From the NCBI GenBank assembly GCA_963702475.1, contig CAVPCT010000005.1, positions 64,001 through 128,000 of the forward strand: a DNA stretch of 64,000 nt, given 5' to 3'. Made by a program: the position numbers and the translations under genes. The notes under the pieces were generated by a model that did not search any database, was not told where the DNA came from, and worked only from the letters and a program-made list of their open reading frames with translations. This DNA comes from an uncultured Thermoleophilia bacterium (GTDB lineage Bacteria > Actinomycetota > Thermoleophilia > UBA2241). This document shows positions 19,323 through 32,250 of the stretch, piece after piece. Within the stretch, counting starts at the first letter, position 1, and every line of letters starts with the position of its first letter.

Positions 19323-20364
19323 TCCTCCTCGTCGCCGCCCGGGTCTCCGCCGGCGTCTCGTGCCGGGCGACCTTGCGGCTCCGGCCCCGAGCGCACCCGG
19401 CCGGCGCCGGCCGCGCGACGCGCCCGCGGGTGGGTCTCGAGGTACACCTCCCGAAGGTGCTCCACGGTCACGTGAGTGTACAGCTGCGTCGTGGCGACGT
19501 TGGCGTGGCCGAGCATCTCCTGCACGCTACGCAGGTCGGCCCCCGCGGCCAGCAGATGGGTGGCGAACGAGTGGCGCAGCGTGTGTGCGCTGGCGCGGCC
19601 GAGAAGACCGGCGCGCTCCAGCGTCTTGCGCAGCAGGTAGTCGAGGCCCTGGCGGGTGAGCGGCGCGCCGCGCGCGTTGAGGATCAGTTCCGGGCGGCGG
19701 CGGCCCTTGAGCAGTTGCCGGCGCCCATCCCTCAGGTAGCGGCCGAGCGCCGCCTGCGCGGCGCCGCCCATGGGCACCACCCGTTCCTTGTCGCCTTTCC
19801 CGGTACAGCGCACGAGACCGGCCTCCAGGTCGGCGTCGCCCTCGCGCAGGCCGAGCAGCTCGCTGGCGCGGAGGCCGCACCCGTACAGCAGCTCCAGGGC
19901 AGCGAGGTCGCGCTGGCCGAGCGGCCCGGCCGGCACGACGGCGGCGAGCAGCCGGCCGGCCTCCTCCACCGACAAGACGCGCGGAAGGTCCTCCGGCCGC
20001 TTGGGCGTGCGCAGCGTGGCCGAGGGATCATCGGCCCTCATGCCCTCCCGGGCGAGGAACGCATAGAAGGTGCGCAGGGTCGCGGTGCGGCGCGCCACGG
20101 AGCTGGCCGCGCCGTCTCCCCCCTCCCCTCGAAGTAGGCGCGCAGGTCGTCGGCGCCCGCCTCCGACGGCAGCACCCGCCGCGGGACGAGGAACTCGGCG
20201 TAGCGGCGCAGGTCGCGACCGTACGCCTCCACGGTGTTCAGGCTGAGTCCACGCTCGTAGCGCACGTGGTCGAGGAACTCCAGGACGAGAGGATCGAGCG
20301 GCGTCGCCGGGGGCCGTGCAGCCCCTTCTGCGCGCCGCCCCGCCGCGCCGGGGGCCACGCCCAC
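19319..20364 (-). pseudogene. xerD: Tyrosine recombinase XerD, split by a 1-nt frameshift at a G-run (20118-20123)
   Basis: N-terminus (ERGLSLNTVEAYGRDL) in one frame, remainder (LYGCGLRASE, GKGDKER, HTLRHSFATHLL, LGHANVATTQLYT) in another. Confidence 0.85.
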
Positions 20365-20366
20365 TC

Positions 20367-23476
<3,110 letters not shown>

Positions 23477-25120
23477 TCAGCGCCCGCCGGAGGCGCGCTG
23501 AAGGAGGCGCTCGGCGTGACTGCGCGCGGCCGCGTCGTCGGGCGCGGCGCCGAGCATGCGGCAGAGCTCGGCGAGGCGCTCTTCGCCATCCACACGGCGC
23601 ACCACGGTCACGGTGCTGCCGGCCTCGGGGTCGCTCTCCTTGACGATGGCGAACTGCCGCTCCGCATAGGCGGCCACCTGCGGCAGGTGCGTGATGCAGA
23701 CCACCTGCCGCCCCTCCGCGAGGCGCGCAAGGCGCTCGCCGAGGGCCGAGGCGGTCACGCCGCCGATGCCGGTGTCGACCTCGTCGAAGATGAGCGTCTC
23801 CACGTCGTCACCGAGCGTCACGAGGCCGCGGATGGCGAGCATGGCGCGGGAAAGCTCGCCCCCTGAAGCCGTGTCGCGTAACGGACGCGGCGGCACGCCG
23901 GGGTTGGCACTGAAGGTGAACTCGACCTCATCAGCGCCTCGCGGCCCCAGCGCCTGCCAATCCTTGCCGCGTGGCTCCACCACGATGCTGAAGCTCGCGT
24001 GCGGCATGGCGAGGCCGCGCAGCTCGTCCTGCACGCGGCCGGCGATGACAGGCGCCGCCGCGCGGCGCGCCGCCGTGAGGCGGGCGGCCGCGCTCGCCGC
24101 CGCCTGCTGCGCCTCTTCGGCGCGCCGCGTGAGCGCTTCCTCGTCGGCCTCGAACTCCTCGAGCCGCGCCAGCCGTGCGCGTGCCGTGCGGCCGTACTCC
24201 AGCACCTCGTCGGCCGATCCTCCGTACTTGCGCATGAGCGCCTTGAGCTTGTCGTAGCGCAACTCCAGCGCGTCGCGGTGCGCCGGGTCGACATCGAGGT
24301 CGTCAAGATACGCGCGCAACGCGGCGGCGACGTCGTCCAGCTCGACGGCGAGACCGTCGAGCCGCGCAGCGGCGCCGTCCAGCGCCGCGTCGAGCGCCGC
24401 CGCCTCGCCGACGAGCCGCTGCGCGACGCGCACGGCGTCGAGGGCGGCGGCCTCGCTCTCGCCGGCGAGCAGACCGAGGGCACCGCCGGCGCGCTCGAGC
24501 AGCTTGCCGGCGTGCCGTAGACGCTCGCGCTCCGCACCGAGCCTCTCGTCCTCTCCCGGCTGCACGCCGGCGGCGTCGATCTCGGCCGTCTGGTACCGCA
24601 GCATCTCGATCTCGCGCTCGCGCTCCCGGCCGACGCCGCGCAGCTCTTCCAGCTCCCGCGTGAGCGTGCGAGCCAGCTCGTGGGCCGACACGTACTCCGC
24701 CAGCAGCGGCGCCACGGCGTCGGCCGCCGCGTCGAGCAGGTCCAGCTGCCGCTCGAGCTGCAGCAGCCGCGTGTGCTCGAGCTGCCCATAGAACGCCAGC
24801 CGCGCTCGCAAGGCCTCTTCCACGGCAGCCGCGGAGCTGTACAGGCCGTCCAGATGCGAACGCGAGCGCCCGCCGCGCGGCAGCTCGCGCGCCACGGCCA
24901 GGGTCTCCCCATTCTCGAACAGCGCCTGCACGAGCGCCCGTTGCGCGCCCGGGCGAACGAGCTCGTCGCCGCCTTTCTGACCCAGGAGCAGGCCGATGGC
25001 CTGGGCCAGCAGGCTCTTGCCCGCCCCGGTCTCGCCGGTGATGACGTTGAGACCCGGCGCGAACTCGAGCCGCGCCGCGGCGATCAGCACGAGGTCGTCG
25101 ATGGAGAGCTCGACCAGCAT
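23477..25120 (-). CDS. recN: DNA repair protein RecN
   Basis: TGETGAGKS, ASGGELSR, IFDEVDTGIGG, ITHLPQVA. Confidence 0.97.
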   Translation of the reverse strand: MLVELSIDDLVLIAAARLEFAPGLNVITGETGAGKSLLAQAIGLLLGQKGGDELVRPGAQRALVQALFENGETLAVARELPRGGRSRSHLDGLYSSAAAVEEALRARLAFYGQLEHTRLLQLERQLDLLDAAADAVAPLLAEYVSAHELARTLTRELEELRGVGREREREIEMLRYQTAEIDAAGVQPGEDERLGAERERLRHAGKLLERAGGALGLLAGESEAAALDAVRVAQRLVGEAAALDAALDGAAARLDGLAVELDDVAAALRAYLDDLDVDPAHRDALELRYDKLKALMRKYGGSADEVLEYGRTARARLARLEEFEADEEALTRRAEEAQQAAASAAARLTAARRAAAPVIAGRVQDELRGLAMPHASFSIVVEPRGKDWQALGPRGADEVEFTFSANPGVPPRPLRDTASGGELSRAMLAIRGLVTLGDDVETLIFDEVDTGIGGVTASALGERLARLAEGRQVVCITHLPQVAAYAERQFAIVKESDPEAGSTVTVVRRVDGEERLAELCRMLGAAPDDAAARSHAERLLQRASGGR

Positions 25121-25129
25121 GAGCGGCGC

Positions 25130-25999
25130 TCAGCGCGCGTCGCGGCGGTCGAAGAGCTTCTCTTCGACGTTCTGGTAGAACGAGCCCTCGCCGCTCACCA
25201 TGAGGCGGGCGCGCTTGTGCCCCGCGACGATGCGCACCTCGTCGCCGCAGCACAGCCGGCCGCACGTGTCGCCGTCCACCACGATCTCCGCCTCCTGTTG
25301 GGGCGAGACGTTGCGCGCGGTGATGACGTGGTCGGGGCGCAGGATGACCGGCCGGAACCCCAGCGAGTGCGGAGCGATGAAGTTCAGTACAAGCACGCCG
25401 GCGTCCCACTCCACGATGGGGCCGCCACACGAGAGGTTGTACGCGGTGGAGCCGGTGGGCGACGCGATGATGAGCCCGTCGCAGAACATGGTGCCGACGG
25501 TGACGCCCGCAACCTCGTATTGCAGGTTGAGCACGTGACGGGGGTGCACGCGGCTGAGGATGACGTCGTTGACTGCGGTGAACTGCCGGCCGTTGACCCG
25601 CGCATCGACGGTGAGCAGCCGGATAACGCGGTGCTCCCCCCGGAGCATCGGCACGAGCTCCGCCTCCCATTCGTGCCGCGAGAGCGAAGCGAGAAACCCG
25701 ACGTTGCCGTAGTTGACACCCAGCACCGGCACGGTGCCGTCGATGAACCGGCCGAGAGCGCGCAGGATGGCGCCGTCGCCGGCGAAGACGATGCAGAGGT
25801 CTGCCTGACTGGCCTCGTCCTCCGCGACCACGCGGTAGCCGTCGAGGACTCCGCCGGCGTGCCTGGCGGCCTCGTCGGCGGGCACCAGCAACTCCAGACC
25901 AAGCCTCGTGCGAGCCGCGGCGAGCTGCCGCAGCGCCGCCTCGGCCTCGGGCTTGCCCGGGCCGCTGAGCGCGACGATACGGCGCAGGCGCTCAGCCAT
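25130..25999 (-). CDS. nadK: NAD kinase
   Basis: AGDGAIL, GNVGFL, AVND, DGLIIASPTGSTAYNLSCGGP. Confidence 0.94.
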   Translation of the reverse strand: MAERLRRIVALSGPGKPEAEAALRQLAAARTRLGLELLVPADEAARHAGGVLDGYRVVAEDEASQADLCIVFAGDGAILRALGRFIDGTVPVLGVNYGNVGFLASLSRHEWEAELVPMLRGEHRVIRLLTVDARVNGRQFTAVNDVILSRVHPRHVLNLQYEVAGVTVGTMFCDGLIIASPTGSTAYNLSCGGPIVEWDAGVLVLNFIAPHSLGFRPVILRPDHVITARNVSPQQEAEIVVDGDTCGRLCCGDEVRIVAGHKRARLMVSGEGSFYQNVEEKLFDRRDAR

Positions 26000-26792
26000 G
26001 GGCCCGCGCCACCGCGGCCGCCGCCGCGGCCACGGCGTCGACGGGCGCCGCCGGGAGCGGCGCGCCCGCATCACAGAAGTAGACGAAGTACTCCACGTTG
26101 CCCTTGGGTCCGGGGTGGCCTGAGTCGCAGATGCCCAGCACCGCGGCGCCCCGCTCGACAAGCCACGAGCTCACGGCCTCCAGCACGCCGACCTGCACCT
26201 GCGGGTCGCGCACCACGCCGCCCTTGCCGACCCGCTCGCGGCCGGCCTCGAACTGGGGTTTGACGAGCACAAGACCTCGGTACCCTCGGCGCAGCGATTC
26301 TAGCACGGGCCCCAGAGCCACCGTCAGGGAGATGAACGACAGGTCCGCGGTGACAAACGAGGGCTGGAACGGTAGACGTTCGGGGGTCAGGTAGCGGGCG
26401 TTCGTACGTTCGAGCACCGCGACCCGCGGATCCTCGCGCAGCCGCCAGTCGAGTTGCCCGTAGCCCACGTCCACGGCGACCACTCGGGCGGCGCCCCCCT
26501 GCAGAAGGCGGTCGACGAAGCCTCCGGTGGAGCTCCCGAGATCGCACACGTCCTCGCCCGTCACGTCCACGCCGAGCACCGCCATCGCGTGGTCGAGCTT
26601 GTCGCCGCCACGGGAGACGAAGCGCGGCCGTTCGGCCACAGTGAGGGGCGATCCGTCGTCGACCAGGGTGCCCGGCTTGTCGGTGACCTGCTCGCCCACC
26701 CTCACCTCGCCGGCGAGGACCGCCGCCCGGGCCTGGGCACGGGTGGCGAAGAGGCCGCGGGCCACGAGCAGCGCGTCCAGCCGCTCGCGCAC
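25992..26792 (-). CDS. tlyA: TlyA rRNA 2'-O-methyltransferase
   Basis: S4 domain RLDALLV, FVSRGGDKL, DLGSSTGGF, DLSFISL, LVKPQFE, GPKGNVE. Confidence 0.96.
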   Translation of the reverse strand: MRERLDALLVARGLFATRAQARAAVLAGEVRVGEQVTDKPGTLVDDGSPLTVAERPRFVSRGGDKLDHAMAVLGVDVTGEDVCDLGSSTGGFVDRLLQGGAARVVAVDVGYGQLDWRLREDPRVAVLERTNARYLTPERLPFQPSFVTADLSFISLTVALGPVLESLRRGYRGLVLVKPQFEAGRERVGKGGVVRDPQVQVGVLEAVSSWLVERGAAVLGICDSGHPGPKGNVEYFVYFCDAGAPLPAAPVDAVAAAAAAVARAHG

Positions 26793-26795
26793 AGG

Positions 26796-28670
26796 CTACT
26801 TGACGCGAGCCAGCGTGGCCGGACGGACCGCCGCGGCCAGCGCCACGGCCTGCGGCGTGAGGCCGATGTCCTGAAGCAGCCGCGTGCGCTCGCCCTGCGG
26901 TACGAACGCGTCCGGCAGGCCGAAGCGCACCACCGGTACGCGGTCGCCGACCTTCTCGAGGACAGCGCTGCCGAAGCCGCCGGCCAAAGCGTTCTCCTCG
27001 ACCGTCACGAACAGCCTGTGCGTACCCGCCAGTCTCAGCAGCAGCGTCTCGTCCAGGGGCTTGACGAAGCGCGCGTCCACCACGGTGGGACGCTCGCCCT
27101 GCGTCTCGAGCAGCGTTGCCGCCTCACGGGCGATGCCGACCCCGGTGCCGATACCGATGAGCGCGACCTCACGGCCCTCCTGCAGCACGACGCCTTCGCC
27201 GATGGCTACCGGGTCGAGCGACTGCGAGGCGACGAACGGCGCCGCCAGGCCGCGTGGGTAGCGCAGCGCCACGGGGCCGTCGATCTCCAGGGCGGTGGCC
27301 AGCATGCGCTGGAGCTCGTCCTGGCTCGACGGCGCCATCACGGTGAGGTTCGGGATCACGCGAAGGAAGCTGAGGTCGAAGGCGCCGTGGTGCGTGGGGC
27401 CGTCATCGCCGACGAGGCCGGCGCGGTCCACGGCGAACACCACCGGCAGCTGCTGCAGACCGACGTCCTGCACGAGCATGTCGTAGGCCCGCTGCAGGAA
27501 CGTCGAGTACACGGCAACCACGGGACGCATGCCACCGATGGCCAGGCCGGCGGCGAAGACGGCGGCATGCTCCTCGGCGATGCCGACGTCGTAGAAGCGG
27601 TCGGGAAAGCGGCGCTCGAACGCCTCCAGGCCGGTACCCTGGGTCATGGCCGCGGTGATGGCGACCACGCGCGGGTCCTTCTCGGCCAGGCGCACCAGCG
27701 CCTGGCCGAACGCCTCCGTGAACGTCGTCCCCACCGTCGCGGCCTTGCGTTCACCGCTCGTGCGGTGGAACGGTCCGGTCCCGTGGAACGCGTCGGGCTT
27801 GGCCTCCGCGGGCTTGTAGCCCTTGCCCTTGACGGTGCGCACGTGCACCACCACCGGACGCCGCGTGTCGATGGCCTGGCGGATGCTCTCGCGCAGCGCG
27901 TGCAGGTCGTGGCCGTCCACCACGCCGATGTAGGCGAAGCCCAGCTCCTCGAACAGCATCCCGGGCACGAGGAGAGCCTTCATCGACTCCTTCACGTCCT
28001 TGCCGAAGCGGTACGCCTGGCGGCCGATGGCCGGGATCTTCGAGACGCCGTGCTCGAGGTCTTCGCGCAACCGCGTGAGCGTGGGATCGAGACGGATGCG
28101 GTTGAGATAGAGCTGCAGCGCGCCCACGTTGGCGCGGATGGACATCTCGTTGTCGTTGAGGACGACCACGAGCGGGGTGCGCAGGTGCCCGGCCTGATTG
28201 AGGGCCTCGAAGGCGACGCCGCCCGTGAGGGCCCCGTCGCCGAGGACGCAGACGACGTTGCCGCCGGCGTGCGCCAGCCTGGCGGCTTCGACGAGGCCCA
28301 GGCCGTAACCGATGGAGGTGGAGGCGTGACCGGTACCGATCACGTCGTGCTCCGATTCCGCGCGGTTCGGGAAGCCGGAGAGCCCCCCGTACTGGCGGAT
28401 CGTGGCGAACCGGTCGCGGCGGCCCGTAAGGAGCTTGTGCGTGTAGCACTGGTGGCCGACATCCCAGACGATCTTGTCGCGGGGGCTGTCGAGCACGCTG
28501 TGCAGGGCCACTGTGAGCTCGACGGTACCGAGGCTGGGGGCGAGATGGCCGCCCACCTCACTCGTGCAGGAGAGGATCGCCTCGCGGATCTCCCCGCAGA
28601 GCACACCCAGCTCGCGTTCGGAGAACTGCTGCAGGTCGGCGGGATCCGAGATCCGTTCAAGGTACGCCAT
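26796..28670 (-). CDS. dxs: 1-deoxy-D-xylulose-5-phosphate synthase
   Basis: GGHLAPSLG, WDVGHQ, GDGALTGG...NDN, DRAGLVGDDGPTHHG. Confidence 0.98.
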   Translation of the reverse strand: MAYLERISDPADLQQFSERELGVLCGEIREAILSCTSEVGGHLAPSLGTVELTVALHSVLDSPRDKIVWDVGHQCYTHKLLTGRRDRFATIRQYGGLSGFPNRAESEHDVIGTGHASTSIGYGLGLVEAARLAHAGGNVVCVLGDGALTGGVAFEALNQAGHLRTPLVVVLNDNEMSIRANVGALQLYLNRIRLDPTLTRLREDLEHGVSKIPAIGRQAYRFGKDVKESMKALLVPGMLFEELGFAYIGVVDGHDLHALRESIRQAIDTRRPVVVHVRTVKGKGYKPAEAKPDAFHGTGPFHRTSGERKAATVGTTFTEAFGQALVRLAEKDPRVVAITAAMTQGTGLEAFERRFPDRFYDVGIAEEHAAVFAAGLAIGGMRPVVAVYSTFLQRAYDMLVQDVGLQQLPVVFAVDRAGLVGDDGPTHHGAFDLSFLRVIPNLTVMAPSSQDELQRMLATALEIDGPVALRYPRGLAAPFVASQSLDPVAIGEGVVLQEGREVALIGIGTGVGIAREAATLLETQGERPTVVDARFVKPLDETLLLRLAGTHRLFVTVEENALAGGFGSAVLEKVGDRVPVVRFGLPDAFVPQGERTRLLQDIGLTPQAVALAAAVRPATLARVK

Positions 28671-28772
28671 CGTGACCCGAGTATAGCACCGGGGTCCGAG
28701 CCTACGGCTCCGCCCGCGCCGGGGCCCCGGGCACGACCGGCGGCGGTGCGGACGAGCCCCGGAGCCGCCGGC

Positions 28773-29660
28773 TCAGCGTCTGCGGTCGCGGATGTAGACG
28801 GTGAGGCCGGCGAGCGACGAGGTGTCGCCCGGAAGATCAGCGAGCCGATCGCCGGCGCGCGCGGCAGCCTCGGCCGCAAGGCCGCGCGCCGCCTCAAGCC
28901 CAAACCGCGACACGTACGTGGTCTTGTGCTGTTCGCGGTCCTTGCCGACGCTCTTGCCGAGCTCCTCTTCGTCGCCGGCCTCGTCGAGGATGTCGTCGAC
29001 GATCTGGAAGAGAAGCCCGACCTCGGTCGCGAAGGCGCGGTACGGCCCCGGATCCGCAGCCCCGGTGAGGACCGCGCCGCAGACCACGGCCGCCTCGATG
29101 AGGCGGCCGGTCTTGAGGGCGTGCAGCGTGCGCAGATCGTCGTCGGTCCGGGCGACGCCGGCCACGTCCATGAACTGGCCGCCGACCATGCCCTGCACGC
29201 CGGTCGCGGCCGCGACCTCGGTGACCGCCGCCAGCAACGCCTCGGGGGAGCCCTGCTGCCGGCTGAGGAGCACGTGGAACGCCTCCGCGAAGAGGCCGTC
29301 GCCGGCGAGGATCGCGATGTCCTCCCCATAGGCGACGTGACACGTCGGGCGACCCCGGCGCAGCGTGTCGTCGTCGATGGCGGGCAGGTCGTCGTGGATG
29401 AGCGAGTAGGTGTGGACCAGCTCGAGCGATGCGGCGGCAGGAAGGACGATCGAGGGGTCGGCGCCACGGCTGCACGCCGTGGCGAGGGCGAGCACCGGCC
29501 GGATACGCTTGCCGCCGGCGAGCAGGGAGTACCGCATGGCCTCGACCAGGCGGGCGGCGCGGCCGTCGGCGCCGAAGTCCAGTCGCTCGAGGTAGTCCTC
29601 GATGAGGGCGAGCAGCTCTTCCGGGTAGCCCTCGTCGTGCCGCTGGAGCTGGGCGGTCAT
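28773..29660 (-). CDS. ispA: Farnesyl/geranylgeranyl diphosphate synthase
   Basis: GGKRIRP, HDDLPAIDDD..RRG, FQIVDDILD, GKD. Confidence 0.93.
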   Translation of the reverse strand: MTAQLQRHDEGYPEELLALIEDYLERLDFGADGRAARLVEAMRYSLLAGGKRIRPVLALATACSRGADPSIVLPAAASLELVHTYSLIHDDLPAIDDDTLRRGRPTCHVAYGEDIAILAGDGLFAEAFHVLLSRQQGSPEALLAAVTEVAAATGVQGMVGGQFMDVAGVARTDDDLRTLHALKTGRLIEAAVVCGAVLTGAADPGPYRAFATEVGLLFQIVDDILDEAGDEEELGKSVGKDREQHKTTYVSRFGLEAARGLAAEAAARAGDRLADLPGDTSSLAGLTVYIRDRRR

Positions 29661-29678
29661 CGTGGGGCGCTCATGCCA

Positions 29679-29948
29679 CTATTCTGCAAGACGGCCGAGA
29701 CGCTCGAGGAGGCGGCCCGCCTCCTCGACCAGCTCGGTCGCCCGCTCCAACAGTGTCATCTCGACCTCGCCCGACGACGAGGCCGTCAGGCGCGGCTCCA
29801 GCCCTTCCAGTTGCGTGAGGATGGCGCGCACGCGCGCCACCGCCTCGGCCGGCTTGAACGGCGGTTCCACCCGTCCGGCGGCGGACACCCCTCCGGCCCC
29901 GTCGCCTCCGGCGTCGCCGCCCTGACCGGGACGCACCGCGTCACTCAT
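29679..29948 (-). CDS. Small helical protein at the xseB position (divergent XseB-like)
   Basis: Amphipathic helices AVARVRAILTQLE / LLERATELVEEAGRLLER; nusB-X-ispA order. Confidence 0.5.
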   Translation of the reverse strand: MSDAVRPGQGGDAGGDGAGGVSAAGRVEPPFKPAEAVARVRAILTQLEGLEPRLTASSSGEVEMTLLERATELVEEAGRLLERLGRLAE

Positions 29949-30357
29949 CCCCGGCCTCCCGCTCGCGCTGCACCGCACCGAGGACGCCGTTCACGAACGT
30001 GCCGGCTTCGTCCGTCGAGTACCGCTTCGTCAACCGCACGGCCTCGTCGATGGCCACCTCCGCAGGCGTCACGCCGGTCTGCATCTCCCAGACGGCCAGG
30101 CGCAGGATGCTTCGCTCGAGCGGGGCGATGCGGTCGACCGCCCAGCCCGTGGAGTGGCGCGCGAGGGTCTCGTCCACCTGCTCGCGCGCCGCCTCCACGC
30201 CGCTCACGGCGGCGATGGTGAACTCGTCGGGGCCGTATCCCTCCCGCAGCTTCTGCCCCTTCACGAGGTCGGCCATGGACAGGTCGGTGACCTCGCGCTG
30301 GTACAGCAGGAACACGGCGTCGCGGCGCGCCTGCTTACGGCTGGGTTTGGCGGGCAC
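29941..30357 (-). CDS. nusB: Transcription antitermination factor NusB
   Basis: RKQARRDAVFLLYQ, WAVDRIAPLERSILRLA, AIDEAV.L.KRY, FVNGVL. Confidence 0.96.
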   Translation of the reverse strand: MPAKPSRKQARRDAVFLLYQREVTDLSMADLVKGQKLREGYGPDEFTIAAVSGVEAAREQVDETLARHSTGWAVDRIAPLERSILRLAVWEMQTGVTPAEVAIDEAVRLTKRYSTDEAGTFVNGVLGAVQREREAGDE

Positions 30358-30372
30358 GGACTGCTGCCGGGG

Positions 30373-32226
30373 TCAGACGGGCTCGATGGCGAACAGCGGC
30401 TGGCCGTACTGCACGGTCTCGCCGTTCTCCACGAGGATCTCGCGCACCACCCCGGCCACGTCGGCCGTGAGCTCGTTCATCATCTTCATCATCTCGAGGA
30501 TACAGAGCGTCTGGCCGGCGTCCACCGTGTCGCCGACCTCCACGAAGACCGGCGACTGAGGCGAAGGCGAACGGTAGAAGGTCGCGACCCACTTCGAGCG
30601 CACCAGGTGGTACCCGTTGAGTCCGTCGCCGGCCGCGGCGTGGGCGTCAGGGGCCGGCGCGGCCGGCGCGGCCGCCGGAGCGGGCGCCGCCACGACCGCC
30701 GGCGCGGCGCCGGCCTTGCGCACCGTCATCTTGAGGTCGCCCTGCTCGATGACGACCTCCTCCAGGTCGCTCTCCTCCACGAGCGCGAGGATGTCCTTGA
30801 CGCGGTCGGCCGCCTCCACGCCAAGAGCCGACCCGGCCTGCTGCGCGAGATAGGCCGGGATATGCGCGCCGAACACGTCGCTCTCGGGGCCTATGTGGTG
30901 CCGCTCCAGGTACGGGCGCGCCGTCTGAGGGAACAGTGCGTAGCTCAGCAGGTCCTCCTCGGAGCGCGCCAGCTCGCCGATCTCCTCGCGGTAGTCCTCG
31001 AGCGTCTCGCTCACCAGGTCGGCAGGGCGCACATGGATGGGCTCCTCGTCGCCGAGCACCCGGGTGATGACCTCCGTGGAGATGGGGCCCGGCGCCGCGC
31101 CGTACTTGCCGCGCAGGTACGCCTTCATCTCGTCCGGCACGATGCGCCAGCGACGGCCGGAGAGCACGTTGAGCACGGCCTGCGTGCCGACGATCTGCGA
31201 CATCGGCGTGACCAGCGGCGGGTAGCCGATCTCCGAGCGCACGATGGGGATCTCCTCCAGGACCTCAGGCAGCCGGTCCATGGCGTTCTGCTCGGAGAGC
31301 TGACTCTCGAGGTTGCTGATCATGCCGCCCGGCACCTGGTGCGAGTACACCTGCATGTGCGTGAGCGAGGTGACGCCGCGGTCGTGACCGGTCTCCAGTC
31401 GCACCTTCTCGAAGTACTTGGCGATGGAGAAGAGCGTCTCGAGGTCGAGTTCGGTGTCGTACGGCGTGCCGATGAGCGCGGTGACGACCATCTCGGTGGC
31501 CGGCTGCGAGTTGCCGAAGGCCAGCGGGACGGTGGCCGTGTCGATGACGTCCACCCCGGCCTCGATGGCTTTGAGGTAGGTCATCGGCGCAAGGCCGCCG
31601 ATGTAGTGGCAGTGCAGCTGGATAGGCACCGCGATCTCGGCCTTGAGGCGACCGATGAGCTGCTCCGCGTAGAAGGGCGAGAGCAGGGCCGCCATGTCCT
31701 TGATGCAGATGGAGTCGGCGCCCATGTCGACCAGGCTGTGAGCCACCTCGAGGTAATGATCGAGCGAGTGCACCGGCGAGATGGTGTACACAACAGCCGC
31801 CTGGAGGTGCTTGCCGGTCTCCTTGATGGCCGCCGCGGCCGTCTCGAAGTTGCGGATGTCGTTGAGTGCGTCGAAGACGCGGAAGATGTCGATGCCGTTC
31901 TCCGCCGCTTTGTAGACGAAGCGGCGCACGATGTCGTCGCCGTAGTGCCGGTAGCCGACCAGGTTCTGTCCGCGCAGCAGCATCTGCAGGGGTGTGCGCA
32001 CCACGTACTTCTTGATGAGACGCAGGCGCTCCCAGGGGTCCTCGTCGAGGAACCGCAGCGAGGCGTCGAAGGTGGCCCCGCCCCAGCACTCCAGCGAGTT
32101 GAAGCCGACCTCGTCCATGGTCTCGAGGATGGGCAGCATCTCGGCCGTGCGCATGCGCGTGGCCCAGAGCGACTGGTGGCCGTCGCGGAGGGTCGTGTCG
32201 GTGATGCGTACTCGGCGTGCTCGCAT
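30373..32226 (-). CDS. Pyruvate/oxaloacetate carboxyltransferase (PycB/OadA-like) fused to an AccB-type biotin carboxyl carrier
   Basis: DTTLRDGHQSL, WGGATFD, IKDMA, HCH, HQVPGGM, LVTPMSQIVG; C-terminal TFYRSPSP...ILEMMKMMNE. Confidence 0.9.
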   Translation of the reverse strand: MRARRVRITDTTLRDGHQSLWATRMRTAEMLPILETMDEVGFNSLECWGGATFDASLRFLDEDPWERLRLIKKYVVRTPLQMLLRGQNLVGYRHYGDDIVRRFVYKAAENGIDIFRVFDALNDIRNFETAAAAIKETGKHLQAAVVYTISPVHSLDHYLEVAHSLVDMGADSICIKDMAALLSPFYAEQLIGRLKAEIAVPIQLHCHYIGGLAPMTYLKAIEAGVDVIDTATVPLAFGNSQPATEMVVTALIGTPYDTELDLETLFSIAKYFEKVRLETGHDRGVTSLTHMQVYSHQVPGGMISNLESQLSEQNAMDRLPEVLEEIPIVRSEIGYPPLVTPMSQIVGTQAVLNVLSGRRWRIVPDEMKAYLRGKYGAAPGPISTEVITRVLGDEEPIHVRPADLVSETLEDYREEIGELARSEEDLLSYALFPQTARPYLERHHIGPESDVFGAHIPAYLAQQAGSALGVEAADRVKDILALVEESDLEEVVIEQGDLKMTVRKAGAAPAVVAAPAPAAAPAAPAPDAHAAAGDGLNGYHLVRSKWVATFYRSPSPQSPVFVEVGDTVDAGQTLCILEMMKMMNELTADVAGVVREILVENGETVQYGQPLFAIEPV

Positions 32227-32250
32227 GTGAGGTCTCCCGCGCGCAGGCGC

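Noticed and set aside
19319-20364. Tyrosine recombinase as a prophage or island integrase
   Set aside because: XerD-type sequence in the conserved xerD-deoB-punA-pdp context; no att sites or cargo
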